Source of the DNA: Candidatus Uhrbacteria bacterium
GTDB lineage: Bacteria > Patescibacteriota > Patescibacteriia > UBA9934 > GWF2-40-263
Reading direction: 5' to 3'
Assembly: GCA_014239775.1 (NCBI GenBank)
Contig: JAAZYG010000005.1
Coordinates: forward strand, 6,746 to 70,745
Length of the DNA stretch: 64,000 nucleotides
The notes below the pieces were generated by a model. That model was not told where the DNA came from, did no database searches, and was given only the letters and a program-made list of their open reading frames with translations. This document shows positions 16,640 to 26,039 of the stretch, one piece after another. Both the position numbers and the translations under genes were made by a program. Every line of letters starts with the position of its first letter. Within the stretch, counting starts at the first letter, position 1.

Positions 16640-17773
16640 TTATACCAAACTACGCAAAACCTCCCAGGTCTTAAGTGCTGTTTTATCCCATGTGTAATTT
16701 TTTACATGCTCCAATCCTTTTTCAATTAACATTTTTCTTAAACCAGAATCCTCAACTACACTACTCATTGCATTTGACCATGCTTCGGGTTTTTCAGGTG
16801 CAACATACAAAGCAGCATCTCCACAAACCTCCTTATGTACTTGAATTTTCGAAGTTATTAATGCTGTGCCACTTGCCATGGCCTCAAGATTAGGTATTCC
16901 AAATCCTTCATACCATGAAGGAAACAAATAAGCAGTTGCCACACTCATTATGTGCGATAAATCATCGCCATCCACAAATCCGAGTAGCCTAATTTGATTT
17001 TTAAACATCGATCTTTTTATATACACATTAATCTCATCAAAACCAAAACCTTTATCACCTATCAACACAAGCTCAACAGGATCACCTTTACCGCGCTTTT
17101 GTTTAAATAATTCAAAAGCTCGAATAATTGTTTTAAGATTCTTTTTATTTTCAATACGGCCAACAGATAAAAAAAAGTTCTGACCAAGTCTGTACTTATT
17201 TAACACAGATGCACTTTCATTTATTGGCATGCTTTTGTATACACCAGCTTCAGCTGCTAAATGTGTTGTGGTTATATGTTCAGGATTTATTTTTAATAAA
17301 TCCACCAACTCTTGTTTTGTAAAATTAGAAACAGAAATTAACTCATCAGACTTTTTTATTGCACGCTTTGTTGCAGATTTTAATCTTTTAATATCAGATG
17401 ATCTATAAAACGATTTATAAGTAATAAATCCAATATCATGAATTGTAGATACAATTTTTGTGTTCCCTTTATAACGCACAGGACCTTGTGATGGTAAGAA
17501 CAAAACACTTGGTTGAGTCTTGTAAACCTCCCAACTAACACGACCTTGCATCCACATACTACTAATTGGCCAGTTTAGGACCTTAGATTCCCATCCTGTA
17601 GGCATATCTGCTAGATCATCGTTTAATTTACTTGGTGAATATAAAAATACTCTCTCCCCTTCATTAAGAGAATGTTTCTTCATGGCTTGAATCAAATGAA
17701 AAGAATAATTCTCTACACCTGTCCTTTTTGTTTTATTTGCGGATGAAACATCTATACCGTAAGTGACAGACAT
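16640..17773 (-). CDS. GT4 family glycosyltransferase
   Basis: EGFGIPNLEAMASGTALITS is the E-x7-E GT4 motif, in a GT-B fold layout. Confidence 0.7.
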   Translation of the reverse strand: MSVTYGIDVSSANKTKRTGVENYSFHLIQAMKKHSLNEGERVFLYSPSKLNDDLADMPTGWESKVLNWPISSMWMQGRVSWEVYKTQPSVLFLPSQGPVRYKGNTKIVSTIHDIGFITYKSFYRSSDIKRLKSATKRAIKKSDELISVSNFTKQELVDLLKINPEHITTTHLAAEAGVYKSMPINESASVLNKYRLGQNFFLSVGRIENKKNLKTIIRAFELFKQKRGKGDPVELVLIGDKGFGFDEINVYIKRSMFKNQIRLLGFVDGDDLSHIMSVATAYLFPSWYEGFGIPNLEAMASGTALITSKIQVHKEVCGDAALYVAPEKPEAWSNAMSSVVEDSGLRKMLIEKGLEHVKNYTWDKTALKTWEVLRSLV

Positions 17774-17779
17774 ATTATT

Positions 17780-18802
17780 TTAACTTGTAAATACACTTCT
17801 TTTATAAGCATCTAAATTTTCCAAGGCTATACCTGTACCCTTTGCAACACACTGCTGTGGATCTTCAGCCATAAATGTTGGAACTCCTGTAGCTTCAGCA
17901 ATTAATGTATCTAAATTTCTTAACTGAGAAGAACCACCCGATAAAACTATACCTTTATCCATAACATCAGCGGAAAGCTCTGGTGGTGTCTTATGCAAAA
18001 CCTCTTTTACTGTATGTATAATCCCCTCCAACTCATTTTGTATAGCTGCAGTTACATCATCAGATGTAACATCAATAGTCTTTGGCAAACCATTTATCAT
18101 ATCTCTTCCCTTAACCTCCATAGATAATTTATCTGGCAAATACATTGCAGCGCCTATCTGAATCTTTATATCTTCTGCTGTTCTCTCGCCAATTGCTAAA
18201 CCATACTTACGCCTAATATATTCTGAAATTGCCAAATCAAACTTTACACCTCCTATTCTAACAGATTCTGAAGCAACTATTCCACCAAGAGATATAACAG
18301 CCATTTCTGATGTTCCGCCACCGATATCAATAATCATATGACCAGATGGTGAACCAATAGGAATATTTGCACCAATTGCAGCAACAATAGGTTCCTTTAT
18401 TATATATGCAGCCTTGGCACCAGCAGCCAATGTAGCATCTATAACAGCACGTCTTTCTGTTGATGTTATTCCTCCAGGAACTGCAACCATTACCTCTGGC
18501 CTAAACAAACGAACACCACCCAAAGCTTTATTTATAAAATATCTAAGCATGGCCTCTGTTGTTCTATAATCTGCTATAACACCATCTTTTAATGGTCGTC
18601 TTGCAACAATCGTGTCAGGTGTGCGACCAAGCATGTCTTTAGCCTCTTTACCAACTGCTAATACTTTTTTATCAACATAAGACACAGCAACCACTGAAGG
18701 CTCTTGTATGATTATCCCTCTCTTTGGTAGATACACCAACACCGTAGCAGTACCAAGATCAATTCCGATTTTTTTTTGAAACATACTTAATTTTTTATCC
18801 AA
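17780..18802 (-). CDS. mreB: rod-shape-determining actin homolog MreB
   Basis: IGIDLGTATVLVY phosphate-1 motif, DIGGGTSEMAV phosphate-2 motif, and IVLSGGSS adenosine motif. Confidence 0.85.
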   Translation of the reverse strand: MDKKLSMFQKKIGIDLGTATVLVYLPKRGIIIQEPSVVAVSYVDKKVLAVGKEAKDMLGRTPDTIVARRPLKDGVIADYRTTEAMLRYFINKALGGVRLFRPEVMVAVPGGITSTERRAVIDATLAAGAKAAYIIKEPIVAAIGANIPIGSPSGHMIIDIGGGTSEMAVISLGGIVASESVRIGGVKFDLAISEYIRRKYGLAIGERTAEDIKIQIGAAMYLPDKLSMEVKGRDMINGLPKTIDVTSDDVTAAIQNELEGIIHTVKEVLHKTPPELSADVMDKGIVLSGGSSQLRNLDTLIAEATGVPTFMAEDPQQCVAKGTGIALENLDAYKRSVFTS

Positions 18803-18815
18803 TAAACCACCTACT

Positions 18816-19523
18816 CTATAAACTTACTCTGAATGTTAAATCTTGATCTAAAATTGTATTCAAATCATACACATCATCACCCCATTGATACTTAGCTTCA
18901 TGAGGTATGGCATTTGAAACATTTTTATCAAAATCAATACTCATAGTCAATGGATAGTCTCTTGCACCATTTTGTTTATAATAATCCAATGTATAATCTC
19001 CATTATTAATTGATTCCACAACCATTGGAGATAATTCATATTCAAATATCAACTCCTTACTTTCACCAGGCTCAATAGATATAAAGGTACCAAATGAAGA
19101 CAATCCTAACTCATCAACCACATCAACAGCACCTTCTAATAATGTTGGATTTTTTAGCTTATCATCAAGCAATGACCCATGTACCTTTATAAACTTACTT
19201 CCCATAGGTACGTAAACTCTTGTATATGTTCTATACCTTGTTGTACGCCAATCAAATGATCCTGTATGCTCATATCTTATTTTTGTTCGTCCTATCATTC
19301 TACCATCAGGGCTTTTAAAAATTTCATAAAACAGAAATCTGTTTACTTTTGGATCAGTTTTTAAACTAGCAAGATTGGCATCTACAACTAATTGAAAATC
19401 ATCTGCTCCTGAAATAACCCTTCCTCCAAAACCAGATTTAGTAATTACCTCCTCTAAATTAGTATCCGAGCTATATACAAACAACTGTTTATCTACAAAC
19501 CCACGCCGTAAAGCATCAAGCAC
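18816..19523 (-). CDS. hypothetical protein (GTG start), possibly the C-terminal part of the upstream ORF
   Basis: It is in the same frame as ORF 19527-20840, separated from it only by TAA plus one codon. Confidence 0.4.
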   Translation of the reverse strand: MLDALRRGFVDKQLFVYSSDTNLEEVITKSGFGGRVISGADDFQLVVDANLASLKTDPKVNRFLFYEIFKSPDGRMIGRTKIRYEHTGSFDWRTTRYRTYTRVYVPMGSKFIKVHGSLLDDKLKNPTLLEGAVDVVDELGLSSFGTFISIEPGESKELIFEYELSPMVVESINNGDYTLDYYKQNGARDYPLTMSIDFDKNVSNAIPHEAKYQWGDDVYDLNTILDQDLTFRVSL

Positions 19524-19526
19524 CTC

Positions 19527-20840
19527 TTACCATCTATATACCGGTAAGTCATATAAACTATTCTGAACTTCCAGAACCAAATCTGCTAATATTTCTTTTC
19601 TCTGACTGTATGGTATTCCATTTTTTTGAAATCCCTTTTCTACTTCATATTCAATTTTTGTTGCTATATTATCAGATTGAAAAATTTGTCCTGAAATATT
19701 TTGTGACCCAACAATTTCCAAAATGCTTGCTGCAAAAATTGGTGTAAATCCAATCACACTATCAACATATCTAGCATGCGGAACATTTTTTTTCTGCTCA
19801 GCAGACAAAACATTTGATTGTGCAATAAACTGATCAATTACATTTAGTGAACTTACAGCAAAATCCGGTGACCAATTCCCATCACGCATATACCACTTTG
19901 ATTCACCAATATACCTTTTAATTGGCTCTGGGGAATCTCTAAGATTATATTTTTCTGATGGTTTATCTATTGCATACACATCCTCAACTTGAAACGATAA
20001 AATCTCAGTATCCTTTATTTTCAACAATCCATATGTTCCAATAAAACCACCACCGGGACGTAATTCATCATTATTTAAAAACAAAACCAAATGATTTTGC
20101 TCCTCATCTAGACCAACCATACCAGGCAAAACACGAGATGCAATTGAAAGTAAATACAACTGCTCCTCCGCTTTTTTAATATGATCAATAAATGGCTCTA
20201 CTGCATCGAATAAAAAACCGGAATTCTGTTGTTTTTGAATCGTGTCTAATTCTGAAAGAACAAGACCAATCCTTGTAGACATAAGCTCTAATTCACTAGA
20301 AGAAGAATTTAAACGAGCAATAATTGTCTTCTTTGTATCTGTTGGTAAATCACCAAAAGCAACATCTGGTTGCAATCCCAAATTAATCTGTTCAAAATAA
20401 TAATCAGACATTCCTGATAACTTAATTATTTCATCAGATAAATCTAAAAGGCCCTTTACAGAATCAATGACACGACCTCCGGCAATTACAATCTTATTTA
20501 TATGCTCAATTTGGGAATCTATGTATGGTATGAAACTTACAGACTTTATAAATATCAAACTATTTTGAGCAGCACTAAGTGAATCCTTAGATTGATTAAT
20601 AGCTTCGATTGCTTTTTCAAAATGCATTTCAGACGCATTTAATTTTGCTTCCTTAAAATAATCACGAACATCAAAAATATTTACAGTAAACTGACCAACA
20701 GCAATTAATAATATAATGAGCCACAGAATAAACACCCCTGATGCTGTATACAAAAAAGATCGCAACTTAATAATACGTCTGTGTTTTTTATGAACACTCT
20801 CATCTTCTGTTTTATGAATATAAAATGGATCGTGAGACAC
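19527..20840 (-). CDS. hypothetical membrane-anchored protein (cell-envelope cluster, DUF4012-like architecture is a guess)
   Basis: One N-terminal TM helix, then a long extracytoplasmic region. It is located inside the glycosyltransferase cluster. Confidence 0.4.
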   Translation of the reverse strand: MSHDPFYIHKTEDESVHKKHRRIIKLRSFLYTASGVFILWLIILLIAVGQFTVNIFDVRDYFKEAKLNASEMHFEKAIEAINQSKDSLSAAQNSLIFIKSVSFIPYIDSQIEHINKIVIAGGRVIDSVKGLLDLSDEIIKLSGMSDYYFEQINLGLQPDVAFGDLPTDTKKTIIARLNSSSSELELMSTRIGLVLSELDTIQKQQNSGFLFDAVEPFIDHIKKAEEQLYLLSIASRVLPGMVGLDEEQNHLVLFLNNDELRPGGGFIGTYGLLKIKDTEILSFQVEDVYAIDKPSEKYNLRDSPEPIKRYIGESKWYMRDGNWSPDFAVSSLNVIDQFIAQSNVLSAEQKKNVPHARYVDSVIGFTPIFAASILEIVGSQNISGQIFQSDNIATKIEYEVEKGFQKNGIPYSQRKEILADLVLEVQNSLYDLPVYRW

Positions 20841-20868
20841 AATACATGACTTAATTTAATTATATTAA

Positions 20869-21684
20869 CTATCTTGGTTTTTTTTTACCCTTATACTTTC
20901 TATAATAGTACATTGCGCTCTTTATCTGAACCCTAGTAAGTGGATTAAATAATTGCTTTATAAAACCACCCTCAGCAGTCTCTCTTCTGTGATAATGAAT
21001 TAACTCCACTTTTGGATAATAAGTAACACGCCATTTCTTATCCCAAAATCTTCTACACAAATCTTGATCCTCAAAATACACAAAAAAATTTGGATCAAAT
21101 CCACCAACTTCATCTAAAGCCTTCCTTCTAACAAATAAAGCGGCACCTAATAAATAATCAACATCCTTTGTTTCTATATGATTATAATCCTTCATTAAAT
21201 AATTATCTACAGATTTTTTTGCAAATGATAAATTTTTTAAAATAGGAATCCTTCTATAAAAAATCATTGATGGTTGCATGAATCTATAACAGCTATATTG
21301 AGTCGTACGATCTGGATTAAGAAGCTTTGGACCCACAATTCCTATGTCTGTATTATTATCCATAAATTCCACCAACTTCTCAAGCACGCCAGATAACATT
21401 ACAATATCAGGATTAAAAATAAAACAATATTTAGAATTTGATTTTTTAATTGCCAAATTCATTCCACAACCAAAACCAACATTTTCCTCATTAAATACAT
21501 ACAAAACATCTGGAAATTCTTTTTTAATTTTATGTAAAAGTGAATTATCTAAATTATTATCAACCACAATTATTTCATAAGAAATAGTCGGTGCACTTTT
21601 ATATATACCTTTTAATGTTTGCCTTAATAAACCAGGTGTATTGTAGTGAACAATCAATATTGAAACTTCCTTCATATAAACCAC
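20869..21684 (-). CDS. GT2 family glycosyltransferase
   Basis: IVHYNTPGLL...IIVVDNN, then a DxD-like FEDQDL and an acceptor-binding region typical of GT-A enzymes. Confidence 0.7.
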   Translation of the reverse strand: MVYMKEVSILIVHYNTPGLLRQTLKGIYKSAPTISYEIIVVDNNLDNSLLHKIKKEFPDVLYVFNEENVGFGCGMNLAIKKSNSKYCFIFNPDIVMLSGVLEKLVEFMDNNTDIGIVGPKLLNPDRTTQYSCYRFMQPSMIFYRRIPILKNLSFAKKSVDNYLMKDYNHIETKDVDYLLGAALFVRRKALDEVGGFDPNFFVYFEDQDLCRRFWDKKWRVTYYPKVELIHYHRRETAEGGFIKQLFNPLTRVQIKSAMYYYRKYKGKKKPR

Positions 21685-22721
21685 TTGTGCAGATCTTTTA
21701 TTGTGATCCTTTTTTTCTTCATTAAATCCATTCGCTTTAAAATAATTTTTGGTGTAAGTAAAATACTTTCAATATATGCACCTATATTTTTTGTTTCAAA
21801 AATCAGAACATAAACAAACCTCAATAATTCATTTAATATGATTCTTGGTGCAAAAAGTAAAAATGTAGTAAATCTTAAATTTTTAATAAGTAACAATAAA
21901 TGATTTCTTGTTGAATATTTACTTCTTACTTTTGATTTTTTTAATCTATTTAAAAATTTTTCAAATAAACTCATCTTTTCTTTTCCAAACATCCCTCTAA
22001 AATGATACGCAACTGCATTTGAATTATACATAGCATTCCATCCCAAGGTTTTTAACCTCCATGCCAAATCAACATCCTCCTTGTAAGAAAAAAAATCATT
22101 GTCAAAAAACTCATCCTTATATCTTGCATCATGAAGTGCACTTGCCCTATACAAAACCAGAGCACCAGAAATACCAAAAACTTGTTCGTTTCTATTAAAC
22201 TGCCCTTCATCTAATTCACCTGCGCCTCGATCTATAAAAGTCATATTTTTATATGCATTTATGCCAGTAGAATCAATCATGTCTGATCTAACTGTATTAT
22301 CAAAAACCCCATCCGATTGATTAGAACCGAATGCTCTTAATATTTTTCCACCAAATGATCCAATCTTTTTTTCAACACCAATACCAGAAACTAATTCTTC
22401 TAAAAAAGTAGGTGTGAGAATCACGTCAGGATTTGTAATTAAAATAAAATTATCATTATAGGATTCCTCTCTACAATGATCTAATACAAATCTTATACCT
22501 TGATTATGAGCATAAGAAAATCCTCTATTACGTGCATTTCTTAAAAATTTACAATTAGGATATTCTGTTTTTACAAATGTCTCAACACCATCTGTTGAAC
22601 CGTTGTCTATAACCAATACACTAAAATTTTCAAATGTTTGTTCTGATATGGAATTGAGTAATTTTGGTAAAAATCTCATCGAATTCCATGTAACAATATT
22701 AATAGATACAGATGGCTTCAT
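21672..22721 (-). CDS. GT2 family glycosyltransferase
   Basis: SINIVTWNS...VLVIDNGSTDG, then a DxD-like KEDVDLAWR, in a GT-A layout. Confidence 0.7.
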   Translation of the reverse strand: MKPSVSINIVTWNSMRFLPKLLNSISEQTFENFSVLVIDNGSTDGVETFVKTEYPNCKFLRNARNRGFSYAHNQGIRFVLDHCREESYNDNFILITNPDVILTPTFLEELVSGIGVEKKIGSFGGKILRAFGSNQSDGVFDNTVRSDMIDSTGINAYKNMTFIDRGAGELDEGQFNRNEQVFGISGALVLYRASALHDARYKDEFFDNDFFSYKEDVDLAWRLKTLGWNAMYNSNAVAYHFRGMFGKEKMSLFEKFLNRLKKSKVRSKYSTRNHLLLLIKNLRFTTFLLFAPRIILNELLRFVYVLIFETKNIGAYIESILLTPKIILKRMDLMKKKRITIKDLHKWFI

Positions 22722-22726
22722 ATATC

Positions 22727-24217
22727 TTATTTACTTCTGTGTTTCTTTGTGACATTAAAACCTAAATACCTACCAAGCATTAAACGCGACTGTGCATCAA
22801 TTGCAGGAAATGACCCAAATACTATAAACGTTATTGGCAAAAGAAGCCACTGAAATACCATTACTATCCATGTATGTCTACGTACCTTACTTGGACGTTT
22901 TGGAAGCAATGTAAGTGCCATAACAGAGGAAACCAAAATACCTACCATTGCAAATTGCATTAACTGCTCTAGAGTAAAAGGAGCTGCTTGAACTATTGCA
23001 TTAGTTTGTCCTTTTGCAACCCATAAAGGCAACCAACCTAATACAAACATTAATATTGGGGCTGTAGCCCATGTAAACATTCCCTCTATATGATTAAACA
23101 AATATTTTAATTTTATACCTAAACCAATTGTTTTATTTCTCTGAAAACCATCCACTAAAAAAGGAAGGTGCTCTACACCCCATGCCCAACGTCTCATTTG
23201 TACATATAAAGCCTGTAATGATTCTCTGTAAGTTTTACCTGTAACAGTATCCATTGATACAGGCAAAAACATTGGCTCCACCCTATAGTCACCTTCATAA
23301 TGAAAAAATGCTTGCATGAAAATACGCGAATCTTCACTAACAATATCTTTTTGCCAAAAACCAACATCCTTTAACATTTTCCATGGCATAGAATGAGATG
23401 AAAATGTCCACAATCTATCTGGTCTTGCAAGCTCTCCAAACAACCAGAAAGTTGTACCAAATGCACCAACTCTCACTGGTGCTGATGCGGTCCATATATT
23501 GTTCGAAAATAAAGCAATTGGTTGATATGAAACATGGGTTGGATTTTCTATAGTGCAGTACAAATATGTTAAATATGAAAAATACTGCTCATGCGCAATG
23601 GTATCAACATCAAACGCAGAAACTATAATATTTTCATCTTTAATTTCATAAAAATGCTTACTAAGCACATCTACCATTGCATTACCCATCCAATTTAGGT
23701 TTGAGCCTTTACCAGATATCTCACCATCCAATCCACTTGGATGCTCTGTTATAAACAACCCCCTAAACACGCCATCAAACTGCTTCTGTATATTTTTTGA
23801 AACCTGTGTAAAATTATCATGATCCGACTCTTCTCCACCCAAAATAATAATCATTCTATTGTTTGGAAACGAATTTTTTTTTAAAGAATTAATTGTTGCT
23901 TTAATAATTTCAAAATCTTCTTTATACGTAGGCAAGAAAATTAAATGATATTTATTTTTTGTTTCAGGAAGATCATCAATGATTAACTGCCAGTTTATTT
24001 TTTTTACTTTATTATATTTCCACCATGATAAAAACATAAAAACATTAAAATAAACCACCCTAAACAACCAAAGCAAATCAAAAACAATTATAAAAATTAT
24101 TACCCATAAAGGTTTTACAAAAGACAAGCCAATAGACAAAGCAAAAGTTCCCCAAACCAATAGGCCGGGGAACATTTCCCAAAATCTTTTTTTTCCGTAA
24201 CTGTACTTTTCTGACAT
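22727..24217 (-). CDS. membrane-embedded processive GT2 glycosyltransferase (cellulose/chitin-synthase-like)
   Basis: QMRRW (QxxRW) motif, SAFDVDT (D,D), and multiple TM helices at both ends. Confidence 0.65.
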   Translation of the reverse strand: MSEKYSYGKKRFWEMFPGLLVWGTFALSIGLSFVKPLWVIIFIIVFDLLWLFRVVYFNVFMFLSWWKYNKVKKINWQLIIDDLPETKNKYHLIFLPTYKEDFEIIKATINSLKKNSFPNNRMIIILGGEESDHDNFTQVSKNIQKQFDGVFRGLFITEHPSGLDGEISGKGSNLNWMGNAMVDVLSKHFYEIKDENIIVSAFDVDTIAHEQYFSYLTYLYCTIENPTHVSYQPIALFSNNIWTASAPVRVGAFGTTFWLFGELARPDRLWTFSSHSMPWKMLKDVGFWQKDIVSEDSRIFMQAFFHYEGDYRVEPMFLPVSMDTVTGKTYRESLQALYVQMRRWAWGVEHLPFLVDGFQRNKTIGLGIKLKYLFNHIEGMFTWATAPILMFVLGWLPLWVAKGQTNAIVQAAPFTLEQLMQFAMVGILVSSVMALTLLPKRPSKVRRHTWIVMVFQWLLLPITFIVFGSFPAIDAQSRLMLGRYLGFNVTKKHRSK

Positions 24218-24894
24218 TAGTGATCAGACGAAATGTCTTTTTTTAAACGAGTTAACAACTGCGACGCATGATCCTTGCCTCCTAGACCAAAAGCCAATCC
24301 ACCAGCAAGCGACAACATAAATACCAAACCGGTAAACAAAACCCTTATTAAGTCTGGTGCAATTTGCAACTGAACCAAAGCCGCCATAAAGCTGAATACT
24401 AAAATTGCCCATTTAGCCATTCCAGACAAAAAATTTGCTGAAGCAAGTTGAGCTGCCTCAACAGCAGACTTAACTACATTTTGAACAAAATTTCCCAATA
24501 AAATTCCTGCTAATAAAACAATTACTGCAACAATAACATTCGGGATAAATAGTACTACTTGTTTTAAGTAATCTGTGACTTCCAACCAACCAAGTATCTC
24601 TGTAGCCGCAATAAGTGCAACAATAATAAAAAACCATTTTACAATCCACCCCATTAAATTACCTATGTGTAATCTAATTCCCATTCTATCAAACTGAGAT
24701 CTGATCTCTAATTTTTGTGCCAGATCATCAATTCTCATTAATTTTATCAACTGCTCAACAACTGTACGAAGAACATGAGCAATTATCATACCCAAAATAA
24801 AAACAACAATTGCACCTATTACATTTGGCAAGTATGCAATTATTGTATCCCACAACTGTAACAGCGGCCCCTGTAACACATCTGATAAATTCAT
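24217..24894 (-). CDS. small multi-TM protein of the MscS-like conserved-TM-helix repeat type
   Basis: Repeated amphipathic TM segments and Gly-rich LAGGLAFGLGG. It resembles the mechanosensitive channel TM-helix repeat family. Confidence 0.45.
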   Translation of the reverse strand: MNLSDVLQGPLLQLWDTIIAYLPNVIGAIVVFILGMIIAHVLRTVVEQLIKLMRIDDLAQKLEIRSQFDRMGIRLHIGNLMGWIVKWFFIIVALIAATEILGWLEVTDYLKQVVLFIPNVIVAVIVLLAGILLGNFVQNVVKSAVEAAQLASANFLSGMAKWAILVFSFMAALVQLQIAPDLIRVLFTGLVFMLSLAGGLAFGLGGKDHASQLLTRLKKDISSDH

Positions 24895-25001
24895 ATATAA
24901 ATTTAATTTATTAATTATTAAGACTCAAATACTTTTACCAAACGTTACCATCAATTACATCACAATCCAACCCTTAAACCAAAAATACACACTATTTACA
25001 A

Positions 25002-25397
25002 CTATTCACCAAAACCCTTCACAGCTGGTCTGTCATATACCGGATTTACATATTGTACTTCACTAGACAACTTGGAAAAATCAACTTCATTTAATAAATC
25101 TACCGGGTTAAGAAATTTATAATTATCAATAGAATATACTGGAATGTTTTGAGTAAATCCAAAAGTATTTGCGATTGCAGTACTGGTTCTTGTTGAAGTA
25201 AAAGAACCCGGTCCACTCACACACATAACAGCATCTATTTCTGATGCAGATAGATTCCATTTGTCTAATTGCTCAGAAATAACTTTTAAAAGCTGTTCTG
25301 GAGACAAATCATACCTATTTATATGCTCAAAAACCCCATCCTTTACAATACCTATCCATGCAAATTTAATATCTTGTGCTGATAGAAATAAAATCAT
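25002..25397 (-). CDS. tsaB: short TsaB/YeaZ-like t6A biosynthesis protein (N-terminal domain only)
   Basis: MCVSGPGSFTSTRTSTAIANTF matches the GPGSFTGLRIG region of TsaB. Confidence 0.5.
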   Translation of the reverse strand: MILFLSAQDIKFAWIGIVKDGVFEHINRYDLSPEQLLKVISEQLDKWNLSASEIDAVMCVSGPGSFTSTRTSTAIANTFGFTQNIPVYSIDNYKFLNPVDLLNEVDFSKLSSEVQYVNPVYDRPAVKGFGE

Positions 25398-26023
25398 ACC
25401 TTTGTCATTTTATCTATCATTACAATTTTGTCAGAATTTAATATCTCAAGCAAAAATTTATCAGCCATTTGCCTTCTATCCAAAAATTCATCTTTTGGCA
25501 TTAAAGTATAATTTATCTCATAAGGAACCTCGAACTCGAATTTGTTAATAATTTTTTCTAAAATAGACTGCTTAATATCGCCAACTATTAATATATCCGT
25601 AGGAACAGATGGACTATCAACAAAACGACCTGTGAACACCATATAATGTATACTGCCTTTTTCATTAATCTCCTGTACAAGATTTTGTTTTAATAATATT
25701 TGAATCTTTTGAAATAATGAACGTAGATCGCTATATAATATAAAATCCGTATTTACCTGATAATACTTCTTTTTATCAGCAAGTGCCGTTGTTTTTTTGA
25801 TGTTCTTTACATGTTTTTCCCTAATTAGGCCCATTTCTAATAAATTCTTCAATTCACGTCTTACAGAATTAAGCTGTGCATCTATTTTTCTGGTAAGTTG
25901 TCTAACATAAAAAGCCTCCTGCGAGCACTGCAAGAACAAACTCATCAAACGAGCACGTGTCTTTGAACCAAACATCTGCTCAAGTTTAAAATTATTTTTT
26001 GTCATAAATCCTATTGCACACAA
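25394..26023 (-). CDS. hypothetical protein with a probable N-terminal winged-helix domain
   Basis: ARLMSLFLQ...FYVRQLTRKI...SVRRELKNLLEMGLI is helix-turn-helix-like. The C-terminal domain is unknown. Confidence 0.35.
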   Translation of the reverse strand: MCAIGFMTKNNFKLEQMFGSKTRARLMSLFLQCSQEAFYVRQLTRKIDAQLNSVRRELKNLLEMGLIREKHVKNIKKTTALADKKKYYQVNTDFILYSDLRSLFQKIQILLKQNLVQEINEKGSIHYMVFTGRFVDSPSVPTDILIVGDIKQSILEKIINKFEFEVPYEINYTLMPKDEFLDRRQMADKFLLEILNSDKIVMIDKMTKV

Positions 26024-26039
26024 TGATTATCCAGGTATA

